64,000 nucleotides of DNA from Octopus sinensis (taxonomy: Eukaryota): positions 4,898,001-4,962,000 of the forward strand of contig NC_043013.1 in assembly GCF_006345805.1 (NCBI RefSeq). The letters are read 5' to 3'. The position numbers and the translations under genes were made by a program. Positions 13,675 through 23,888 of the stretch are shown here, piece after piece. How positions within the stretch are numbered: the first letter of the stretch is position 1; each line of letters opens with the position of its first letter. The notes under the pieces were generated by a model. That model had not been told where the DNA came from and did not search any database. It saw only the letters and a list, made by a program, of their open reading frames with translations.

Positions 13675-15447
13675 TCATAATAAAAAAATATTATAATTAG
13701 AATTGTTTTTTGAATCGCATTCCCTTGCACTAGGCTCAGGCACACCATCGCTTGTAGATGCAATTGCCGACTCACAAACATCTGCTGATTTCTTTTTGAT
13801 AAACAATTCTAAAGTTGCTTGCTTAGCTTTTTTCTTTTGCTCTCTATAAATTTCTCGGTAACACGCAGAAGCATTTGTTATGGTTGTAGAAACTCTTGCA
13901 CTTCGTTCGAAATTTGGATCTTGTGCTTGAAAAATTTCCAAGGCTTTATCCAAATGTTGAAACGCTTCCTTGAGTCCTTTAAATGTGAATGCATTAACTG
14001 GCGCTTCTTCAACAGTGTCCTTCTCTTCTATCGTTTCCTGTTCTTGCATTGCAATAAGGTCTTCGTTGGTGAGTTCATCACTATGTGATTGAAGCAGCTC
14101 ATCAATATCGCTTGCCGACACATTGAAATTTAATTCATTTGCCAGTTTTACAATTTCTTCTATCTCTTTTTCTACATTTTCTTGTAGTGATTCAAAACCC
14201 TCAAAATCATTAAGAAATTGAGGGCAAAGTTTTTTCCAAATGCCCTTCATATTCTTTTGACTGATATTATCCCAAGCTTTACCTATGATTTTCACTGCAG
14301 TGTAAATATTGTGACTCTTCCAGAATTCCATTAGAGTCGGTCCACCTTCTTTGACCGTTTCTTCGTTCAACATTGCAAATGTGAGACATAAATAATGGGC
14401 CTTAAAAGCTGCAATAACTCCCTGGTCCATTGGTTGCAAAAGTGGGGTCGTATTTGGAGGCAAAAAAATAACTTTGACATTAGGATGAAGATGTTTCAGA
14501 ATTGGAGGGTGGCTTGGTGCATTGCCAATAAGTAACATTGCATGAAATGGAAGTTCGTTCTTATCGCAATATTCCTTAACTTCTGGCACAAAGTGATATG
14601 AAAACCATTCTTCAAATAATGTTGCTGTAACCCAAGCTTTTTTATTAGATTTCCATATAACTGGAAGGGTACTTTTTAAGATGCCTTTAAGTGCCCTAGG
14701 GTTTTCCGCTCGATAAACTAGCATTGGTTTCAATTTCAAATCTCCTGATGCATTTCCTCCAAATAATAACGTCACTCGATCTTTTGCAACTTTAAAACCA
14801 GGCCGCGCAGATTCTTCCTTCGCTATGTAACTTCTGGAAGGCATACGTTTCCAGAAAAGTCCGGTTTCATCGACATTAAAGATTAGTTGTGGCATGTAAC
14901 CCCCTTCTTTAATCATTTCTGCCAATGTTTCTGGGAATTTTTCTGCTGCGTCGACATCAGCGCTTAACACTCCTCCTTGCACTTTGATGGAATGCCACCT
15001 GTGGCGATTTTTAAATCGCTCAAACCATCCTCTGCTCGCGACAAAAGTTTCGTTTGTGTCACCTTTCATTTCTTTAAGCATACTGAAAAGAGACAAAGCT
15101 TTGCTACGAATCGCCGCTCGGTTGACATTCAAATGCATGCGTTGAGTCGTGTCACCTATCCATACATTTAAAAGTTTTTCCATTTCCGGAATAATGCTTC
15201 CAGAATCTCTTTTACGAGACCACGTTGAGTACAGAAGCTGCGCATTTCTCACTTGAGATAAATATTTTTGTTTTTCTTTGAGAATTGTGCAGACAGTTGA
15301 CGAATTAAGTGAAAATTTGTCACTAATGTTCTTCACAGTTGTACCACCATCGTGCATTTTTACAATTTCATACTTCGTTTCCAAAGTGATCGCTTTTCGC
15401 TTCTTTTTCTTCCCGTCAGTGTCCGTTGTACACTTTCGTTTAAGCAT
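13675..15447 (-). CDS. Tigger1/TIGD1-like pogo-family transposase-derived protein, 590 aa, intronless, nested antisense in ATIC intron 6
   Basis: NLS-like KKKKRK; CENP-B-type HTH (RKAITLETKYEIV); Tc5-type HTH (EMEKLLNVWI...ASRGWFERFK); DDE_1 domain (FNVDETGLFWK, KDRVTLL, LIGNAPSHP, QPMDQGVI). Colinear with human TIGD1 as recalled. Confidence 0.93.
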   Translation of the reverse strand: MLKRKCTTDTDGKKKKRKAITLETKYEIVKMHDGGTTVKNISDKFSLNSSTVCTILKEKQKYLSQVRNAQLLYSTWSRKRDSGSIIPEMEKLLNVWIGDTTQRMHLNVNRAAIRSKALSLFSMLKEMKGDTNETFVASRGWFERFKNRHRWHSIKVQGGVLSADVDAAEKFPETLAEMIKEGGYMPQLIFNVDETGLFWKRMPSRSYIAKEESARPGFKVAKDRVTLLFGGNASGDLKLKPMLVYRAENPRALKGILKSTLPVIWKSNKKAWVTATLFEEWFSYHFVPEVKEYCDKNELPFHAMLLIGNAPSHPPILKHLHPNVKVIFLPPNTTPLLQPMDQGVIAAFKAHYLCLTFAMLNEETVKEGGPTLMEFWKSHNIYTAVKIIGKAWDNISQKNMKGIWKKLCPQFLNDFEGFESLQENVEKEIEEIVKLANELNFNVSASDIDELLQSHSDELTNEDLIAMQEQETIEEKDTVEEAPVNAFTFKGLKEAFQHLDKALEIFQAQDPNFERSARVSTTITNASACYREIYREQKKKAKQATLELFIKKKSADVCESAIASTSDGVPEPSARECDSKNNSNYNIFLL

Positions 15448-15534
15448 ATTGGCTGGGCTTAAAAAATGCCGAAAATAATAGTGTAAATAAACGCATACAA
15501 TATAAATATGTGGTACAAAGAATTAGCTTATAAT

Positions 15535-15934
15535 CAAACTGGGGCACCGGACCGTTAATCCATTAATTAACGAAGTTAACATTTTCGCTAACGATTTAAC
15601 TTTTAAGTTAACTCTGGAAATCATTATCGGACTAATTGACTTTCGTTGACTCATGTTAACTTCTGTTGAATTGAAGCTAACGGATTTTATAGTTTTGGCA
15701 CTTTTTAAAGGTGTTTGTAGGTCGTTTTAGAGCCAAAACTGATATTTTTTTTCTATAATGAAAATTAACGTTGACGGTTTATCGATAACTTCCGTTAAAT
15801 TGCGAAATAATTAACTGATTAACGGTTATGGAACTTAACTTTTTGGTTAACCGATTAATGATTAATGAAGTTAGTTTTTCGATCGACGGTGGGTACGAGT
15901 ATCGTAGACTGGTACCCAACGGTGTCCACCTTTG
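15535..15934. mobile_element. hAT-type MITE, 400 bp, rich in GTTAAC/TTAAC motifs
   Basis: 8-bp target duplication CTTATAAT (15527-34) / CTTATAAG (15935-42); degenerate TIRs CAAACTGGGGCACCG / rc CAAAGGTGGACACCG. Confidence 0.7.
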
Positions 15935-16549
15935 CTTATAAGAAATCTCTCAACAATCGCACGCACCGACTCTGAAATTTTAGGCCGTCGTTAACTCTGT
16001 AGTTATATGCAGCTGTTAAGACTCGTCAGAACCAGTTTTGCCACACATACACACACACAAAATGGTTAATTAACCTTTTTTTATATTTATAAAATAAAAC
16101 TCGTAAACCTGGGGTCTCGTAAAGCGGGTCCTCGTGAAGTGAGGTATTACTGTGCTTCCATAGAATAAGATAATAAAATAAATTGTGATAGAGAAAACAA
16201 AGGGAGGGGAGATAACAAACGAAAATATGTGTTAGGGAGATTATCTCCCTTTCTTTATTTTCGTTCACCTTGGCTCGTAAGCATTTCGGGTCTTTACAAC
16301 CAAGAGTCGAACCCGTTGTGCGTCTATGTGTGTCTGTGCACGCACGCACACGCATATACGCCTGGAAGAACTTTGGGAAAGACTTCCGCCCTTTTTAGGG
16401 GAAGGGGGACAAAAGGAACTCTTGCCGAACTTTGGGTCCCAACCATGTTTCGGTTTCAATCTGACAGTGGTACCTTGGGCAAGTGGCCTCTATTACAGCC
16501 TCGGGTTGACCAAGGCCTTGAGTGGATTTGGTAGATGAAAACTGGATTA

Positions 16550-17445
16550 CGGTTTAATCTAACACCCGGCCACCAAAGCAAAAAAAAAAAACATGGGTAA
16601 TAGGTGTAAAAAAAATGTATTAAACAAATATGAAAATAAAAAGTTGTGCTAACGAACTGGAGTGGGGTGGGACTTTCGGAAAATTCACAAGATCCGATTT
16701 TTTCCTTTATAACTTTTAAGAAAATATTTTTTAATGAAATATTATATAAATATATTTCAAAAGGTATAGATTACGATTATAAAGAAATTTGTGAGGGGAA
16801 AATTTTTTCTGGGGAGAAGATTTTCGAAGAGAAAGCAATTCATAATTTTTTTTTTTTGCTTGAGTGTAATGGAAAAAAGTTTGAAAACTTTTTTACATTC
16901 ATTTATTTTACGTTTGAGTAATAGAAAATTGTTTTGAAAACGATCCCATGTATCATGATGAGAGAAACAAATTCATAAATACGGTGTTGAATATGGTTTC
17001 ACTATGGAAAGAAAAGTTAAAGGCGATTTAGCTGTTGTTAGCATGTCTCCAACTGTTGGGTAAGAAGAGCTGTGTTGAAAAAAATTTGCGCCTACGTACC
17101 TCTCAAAAAAAAAATTTTTTCCCATAAACTTCCTTATAATCGTTATCCATGCCGTTTGAAAGGTATTTATATAAAATTTCATCAAAAGATATCCATTTTC
17201 CTAAAAGTTATGGAGGGAAAAATTGGATCATATGAATTTTTTGAAAGTCCTCTCCTTACCCTCTCAGAAAATAATTTCCTCCGCAAATTTCTTAATAAAT
17301 TTTAAAAGTTAAAAAGGGAAAAAAATTGGATCTTGTGAATTTTCCAAAAGTCCTCTCCCACCCATTTCGTTAACACAAATTTTTGTTTTCATATTCGTTT
17401 AATACACATTTTTTTATACCTATTACGCTTTTTTTTTTGTAACCG
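16550..17445. mobile_element. Foldback-like non-autonomous DNA element with long modular inverted arms
   Basis: TA|CGGTT...AACCG|TA termini. 16596-16816 is the imperfect reverse complement of 17261-17427. Internal direct sub-repeats. Confidence 0.75.
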
Positions 17446-17460
17446 TATGTTAAAGTAAAC

Positions 17461-17872
17461 TCTCTTTACTCTTTTACTTGTTTCAGTCATTTGACTGCGG
17501 CCATGCTGGAGCACCACCTTTAATCAAGGAACTTGACCCCAGGACTTATTCTTTTGTCAGCCCAGTACTTATTCTATCGGTCTGTTTTGCCGAACCACTA
17601 AGTAACGGGGACATAAACACACCAGCATCGGTTGTCAAGCAATACTAGGGGGACAAACACACAAACACACAGACGCATATATATATATATATATATATAC
17701 ATATATACGATGGGCTTCTTTCAGTTTCCGTCTACCACAATCCACTCACAAGGCTTTGGTCGGCCCGAGGCTATAGTAGAAGACACTTGGCCAAGGTGCC
17801 ACGCAGTGGGACTGAACCCGGAACCATGTGGTTGGTAAAAAAGCTACTTACCACACAGCCACTCCTGCGCCT
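17461..17872 (-). mobile_element. tRNA-derived SINE family A (representative copy)
   Basis: Head AGGCGCAGGAGTGGCTGTGTGGT...GGTTCAGTCCC (A/B boxes) with an internal (TA/CA)n. Other copies at about 3915-4265, 19625-20023, 34345-34630, 46555-46999, 50155-50600, 51405-51824, 53335-53730 and 55435-55920. Confidence 0.9.
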
Positions 17873-18837
17873 ACAATAACTGTAAACTGAAAGAAGCCTA
17901 TTGTGTGTGTGTTACAGCTTCCTTGCCTTGTTATCGCATGATAGCTGTAAACAAGCCTCACTGTTATGCAGGCGGTGTCTCTTGTTTTCTTCTAGTCTTC
18001 TGAGACCTGTCTTGTCATGGAGAAACATTACTTCGAAACAGGTGGGGATTGACAACAGGTAGGGTTTCTGATTATAGAAAAACTGCCTCTACAAATTCTG
18101 CACGACCCGTGCTAGCATTGAAAAGTGGACGTTCAAACAAGGATGCTGATTCTATCTCAACACTTTCAGGTACTCGATTACTCTTCAATATTTAACCATT
18201 CCAATATAAGGCGGCAAGCTGGCAGAATCATTAGCACACTGGACAAAGTGCTTAGCAGCATTTTATGTCGACTTTGCCTTTCAACTTTTGGGGAGGTGGA
18301 GTTAACAAAACATGGACCAGTTGACCTCTATCCCCATCCCCCAAAATTTCTGGCCTTGTTCCAAAATTTAAACCCAATATTTTACCATTCAAATAGAGTG
18401 TCTGTTGCCAAAAGTTAAGGACAATTGTTTCAGAGATAAGAACTCTGCGCTCCTTTTAAAATGTGCTGCTTAGCTCGGTATTTACAACTGGATTGCACTT
18501 GTATCTTTTAGCTGAGGTGTCGATGCTAAACTATCCTAGTTTGTTTCCCCAGTTTCTCTTTGTATTATTGGTTCCTCTCTGAAATACATGCCCAGACTTG
18601 GTTGTGTGGTTAGGAAGCTTGCTTCCCAACCATGCGATATTGGGTTCAACCCCACTGAACAGAACTCTGGGTCAGTATCTTCTGCTGTATCTCTGGGTTG
18701 ACTAAAGCCTTTTGAGTGGATTTTGGTAGGTGGAAACTGAAAGAAGCCTGTCATGTGTGAGTTAGTGTGTGTGGGTGTGTAATATAATATATATATGTAT
18801 ATATATATATATATCTATCTATATATGTATATATATA

Positions 18838-19197
18838 TCTATATAAACGGCAAAATGTCTGTGTGTGTGTGTCCTTTATACAAATCCACAATTTTTCAGT
18901 TAGAGGGCTCACACTTTTTATGGTCATTCAAAACCGTCCAAGGGTGGTCGTGCACATCTTTACATTTCCCCAGCCACCCCGCAAAGCCATTAAAAAATCA
19001 ATAGAAGTGACTTTTTGGTGAATTTTCTATCCAAAACCCAATTAATATGCCTGGAACGTGATACACTAATTGAATGCCAGCTAGCTGTATTTGATTGGTC
19101 GGAGATTTGGACAGTACCTGCGTGTATGTGCGCACGCACGCAGCTGTATATGCATGCGCTAGCACTATGACCCGGCAACACCGGGTCATAGTGCTGG
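18838..19197 (+). mobile_element. Non-autonomous Helitron-like element, copy 2
   Basis: A|TC start; perfect 15-bp subterminal hairpin AGCACTATGACCCGG-caaca-CCGGGTCATAGTGCT; CTGG|T end. Confidence 0.7.
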
Positions 19198-19521
19198 TAT
19201 ATGTATATATGCATACAATTTCACACACAACTTGTGCTAGCATGGGAGACAGACTTTAGATAATGATTTTGCATACCATGTCTGTCCATGGGAAATATCA
19301 TCTACCATCTTGCTTAAAAACAGGTGAGACTTGACAACAGAAAGGCACTTGACCATATTAAATTTACCTAAAACAAGTTCCATCTGATGCATGCAAGCAT
19401 GAAAAAGTGGACGTTAAAACAACAATGATGCTGGTAAAACCTTGAGAGCAATAAGACAAATAGAACTGAACTAACAATGAATTATTGTTCCTTAGATTTT
19501 TTTTTTTTAATCCTTTTCCAG

Positions 19522-19594
19522 AATAATTGAAGAAATGAAGAACTCCCCAACTAAAGATTCGACCCTTGAAACCAGAAAAAGACTTGCTGTGAAG
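19522..19594 (+). CDS. ATIC: ATIC exon 7 (IIEEMKNSPTKDSTLETRKRLAVK)
   Basis: ttccag/gtgaga, 73 nt; aligns to human [21 protein letters not shown] (recalled). Confidence 0.93.
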
Positions 19595-19813
19595 GTGAGA
19601 CATTCCTCCTGTATTCTTTCCTTTTATTCTTTTAGTTGTTTCAGTCATTTGACTGCGGCCATGCTGGAGCATCGTCTTTAGTCGAGCAAATCAATCCCAG
19701 GATTTATTCTTTGTAAGCCTAGTACTTGCTCTATTGGTCTCTCTTGCCGAACGGCTAAGTGACGGGGGCGTAAACACACCACCATCGGTTGTCAAGCGAT
19801 GTTGGAGGGACAA

Positions 19814-19859
<46 letters not shown>

Positions 19860-20824
19860 CGACAGGCTATTTTCAGTTTCTGTCTACCAAATCCACTCAC
19901 AAGGCCTTGGTCGGCCCAAGGCTATAGTGGAAGACACTTGCCCAAGGTACCACACAGTGGGACTGAACCTGGAACCATGTGGTTGGTAAGCAAGCTACTT
20001 ACCACACAGCCACTCCTGCGCCTGTTGGCGTTTATTTAAAGATGTTGCAAGGTTAAGTATTTCGTTTCCCAAACTTGTGGTTTCAGGTTCAGTCCTACAG
20101 CATGGTACTTTGGGCAGAGTGTATTCTGCTGCACTCCTGGACTGACCAAAAGCCTTGAACAAAATACTTCATTTTATATAGCTCTGCGATCACTTCAACA
20201 CCCAATGCAACCATTCAGACAATGTCACTTTTGATGGACTGAGTGACCTAACATGTGGCATGAACATTTGACCACAAATCACAGGTCATTCGGCAAAAGC
20301 TGATCGCTCATACATTGTCTTCGACAGGAGAGTCCATCATGTGTCTGTGTGTCTGGACATCTTCATTATGATGCAATCAATGTCATTCATTCCCAGTCTT
20401 CCATGAAAGGCATGTCCAGCTGTGGAAATTATTACCTTGCTTGGAAACATGAGAGGGTTGCCAACTGAAAGGGCTATGCAAGTGTTGAAAATCTGCCACA
20501 ACAACTTTCACCTGATTCTTATTTCTTTATTGCCCACAAGGGGCCAAACATAGAGAAGACCAACAAGGACAGATGAAGGGATTAAGTCGATTACATCGAC
20601 CCTAGTGTGTAACTGGTACTTAATTTATCAACCCCTGAAAGGATGAAAGGTAAAGTCGACCTCGGCGGAATTTGAACTCAGAACATGAAGACAGACAAAA
20701 TACCGCAAAGCATTTCACCCGGTGTGCTAATGTTTCTGCCAGCTCGCCGCCTTTCACCTGACTCTTGCAAGCATGAAATGATGCAGATGTTCCTAAATTT
20801 TATGCATGCCTTCTTTATTTGCAG

Positions 20825-20981
20825 GCTTTCAACCATACAGCAGATTACGATGCTGCTATTTCTGATTACTTCCGGAAGCAGTTTAGCCAGAATGTTTCCC
20901 ACTTACCCCTGCGCTATGGTATGAACCCTCATCAGAAACCAGCACAGCTCTTTACCAATTTGTCAGAATTACCTTTGAAAG
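20825..20981 (+). CDS. ATIC: ATIC exon 8 ([18 protein letters not shown]...[12 protein letters not shown])
   Basis: ttgcag/gtaaat, 157 nt; LRYGMNPHQ signature. Confidence 0.97.
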
Positions 20982-22288
20982 GTAAATGTTCTTCAATCTA
21001 TCCAAAAACCTGTTTCAGTTGGTGATTCTCTCTTGAAGATTTCAGTCTCAATTCTAAAATAACATGGCAAGGCTATCCCTGCCATCGTTGCACTTAAGTT
21101 CTATGCTCTCTGTAGAGCATATGCCATTAGCTTTTCTCTACTGTTCTTGACTCTGAGTTGTTGGGAGCCACACCCTGAGTATGTGGGAGTCCCTGAGAGA
21201 GTGATCCTTCCTCTCCCAGGTTTTGATTTTGATTTATCTTCGATGCTCCTCTACCTTTGCCTTTTTACTAATTACAGGTATTCATCTTATGCAAATGCAA
21301 TTTATCACTTCAATAGGGTGGTCTCTCTTAGACTGGCCTCTGTTTTGTGACCTGTCCTGTATGGGAGACCCTACTAGGAGCTGACACTCTGCTGGCATGT
21401 ATCTCTGGGGTTATTTGGCCATACAAGCCACAACATCACAACAAGCACTAGTAGGGATGTTGGCTGTATGTAAACTCATTTTTACCTCTGGAAAGAGGTG
21501 GGCCATATTAGCATGGCTTACAGGCCCACCACACCACAGCAAGGACTTGTCCTTGTGGTCAGCTCACAGTCATCATCACTACCCTCTAAACCCCCTGAAT
21601 TAGTATTTGGGAATCTAGGACTAATTATAAGTAAAATATTCTAATCTTGTGTAGGATACTCTTTACATGTGGTATTATGTAGACACCCACAAACTCTTCC
21701 TTCACTTCTATGCAACCCAACTAGTTTCTACAGGTCATTCAGCCTACAAGGAATAACTGAAGCCCTTTCAATTCTTCTATCTAGAAATGTCCCCTTTTTA
21801 TTTCAGTTGATTTAAGAAATAATAAAGAAAATTGTGATTTTGTTGTTAAGCTCATTTAAGAAATTTTACCTGTGCCGGTGGCACGTAAAAAGCACCCACT
21901 ACACTCATGGAGTGGTTGGCGTAAAGAAGGGCATCCAGCTGTAGAAACAATGCCAGATCAGACTAGAGCCTGGTGCAACCTCCTGGCTTCCCAGACCCCG
22001 GTCGAACCGTCCAACCCGTGCTAGCACGGAAAACGGACGTTAAACGATGATGATGATGATGATGAGAACGGAGAGGTGGGTTGTTATCAAAATGGTTCGA
22101 TTACATCTTTACTAAAAGATATGAATAAAATGACACACATTGGATAATATAGTCCTAGATACATTGTGCCTGAAAAATAAACAGGGGTATCATGAATGGA
22201 TTGTCTTTGGTGGTAGATTTGCATTCTTAAGACTGATTTGGTGATAAATTTAGGATCTGGAATTAACGGAGTTTTCTTTTTGTTGCAG

Positions 22289-22414
22289 TTGTAAATGGCT
22301 CCCCTGGATTTATCAATCTCTGTGATGCTTTAAATGCTTGGCAATTGGTAAAAGAACTGAAAAATGCTCTTGGTTTGCCAGCAGCAACCTCGTTTAAACA
22401 TGTCAGCCCTGCAG
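22289..22414 (+). CDS. ATIC: ATIC exon 9 ([20 protein letters not shown]...SFKHVSPA), AICARFT catalytic Lys-His
   Basis: ttgcag/gtatgg, 126 nt; SFKHVSP motif. Confidence 0.97.
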
Positions 22415-22603
22415 GTATGGTCTTTGGCCCTACTTAGAATTTGCTCAATAATAGCTGTGCGTGTGTGTGTATGTGTTCATTTTTATCTTGTGTTAACATT
22501 GAAAAAATTGTAAAAGCATTTCATTATTCAAGCAGAGTCCTTCATTTGCAGTCTTCCCTCTAAACTAAACATATCTGATCAAGCACATTATTTACATTTG
22601 ATG

Positions 22604-22872
22604 GATATTTGTCCTCATCTTGTTTGTTGTTAACACAACGTTTCGGCTGATATACCCTCCAGCCTTCGTCAGGTGTCTTGGGGAGATTTTGAACCTGGGT
22701 TCTCATTCCTAAAGTATTTTTCGATGTTGTTGCTGCTGCTGTTGTTGTTCAAGTCACTGCCTGGAATTGAGCTCGGAATATTGGGGTTAGTAGCCCACAT
22801 TCTTAACCACCACGCCATACGTCCATCAGCCGAAACGTTGTGTTAACAACAAACAAGATGAGGACAAATATC
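22604..22872. mobile_element. Penelope-like pLTR relic in inverted arrangement
   Basis: Perfect 48-bp inverted repeat (22604-22651 / 22825-22872); the left copy carries a hammerhead core. Confidence 0.6.
22632..22677 (-). ncRNA. Minimal type I hammerhead ribozyme motif (family A)
   Basis: GACAC-CUGACGA-A-GGCUG(loop)CAGCC-GAAAC-GUU^-GUGUU; palindromic AACGUU stem III. Confidence 0.65.
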
Positions 22873-23480
22873 TGTCACAAGTTAATAATGTACACAATTC
22901 CTCATCTCTTAAATATAGAACTGTATTATGTGTGATCAAGGACAAATATAATCTTCCTTGGGAACAGATGAAGGCTGGCAACGGAAAAGGCATCTAGCCA
23001 TAGGAAATCTGCTTCAACAAATTCCATCTGACCAATACAAAGATGGAAAAGTGAATGTTAAAATGAAAAAGAGAAGAAAAAGAACAGAAGCCGTATGTCT
23101 GTGTTGTAAAATGCCTTCCTTGTCTTCAGAAAGTTTATTGAATTTCAAGGACTGAAATTTTCTTTCTAATAAAATACAGTGTAGCCTAAGGAGGGTTCAG
23201 TTCTCACCAAATCAAGTCTCCAGGTTCCATATCAGTTCCTGACTTCTATTGATACCATTATTGATCCTAAAGAGAAGGCATGATGATCATCCCTTCCCAA
23301 TTCTTCTGAAACCTCTAATCTGTGAAATTCCTTTCAGAGTTTTGTATTCTTCTGAAGGACTCTCATAATGCTTCTCTAAGCAGGATCTTCTGTCTTATGA
23401 AGATCTTGTGCAGAAGAACCACGAGATGTAAACATGTAAGAATCCATTATACCCAAATGATTGTTTCGGTGTTGTTTTAG

Positions 23481-23757
23481 CTTTTGTTTTTTTTCTTTTT
23501 CTTTCTCTTCTTCTTTTTCTTCTTTGTCTTTTCTTTTTCTTTTTCTTTTTTCTTTTTCTTCTTCTTTGTCTTTTTCTTTTTCTTCTTTGTCTTTTTCTTC
23601 TTATTCTTTTCTTCTTTTTCTTCTTTTTCTTTTTTTTTTTTTTCTTTTTCTTCTTTTTCTATTATTTCTTTTTCTTCTTTTCTTCTTATTTTTCTTTTTC
23701 TTATTCTTTTTCTTATTCTTTTTCTGCTTTTTCTTATTCTTTTCTTCTTCTTCTTCT
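23481..23757 (+). repeat. (TTC/TTTTTC)n polypyrimidine tract directly upstream of ATIC exon 10
   Basis: About 280 nt, almost purine-free. Confidence 0.95.
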
Positions 23758-23783
23758 ATGTTGTTTGTCCATTTTATCCTCAG

Positions 23784-23888
23784 GTGCCGCAGTAGCCACA
23801 CCCCTCAGTCCAGAACAGGCTCAGCTGTGTATGGTAGATGATCTGAAGGAACTGAGTCCCCTTGCTGTTGCTTACGCAAGGGCCCGTG
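23784..23888 (+). CDS. ATIC: ATIC exon 10 (GAAVATPLS...AYARAR)
   Basis: cctcag/gtgagt, 105 nt. Confidence 0.96.

Noticed and set aside
12950-16010. Complete active Tigger element with TIRs
   Set aside because: Only a one-sided TA|CAG near 16000 with no matching end past the stop codon, and the catalytic D is replaced by G.
23461-23841. Phe/Ser-rich and Lys/Arg-rich ORFs
   Set aside because: They are translations of the (TTC)n tract. Only 23784 onward is coding (ATIC exon 10).
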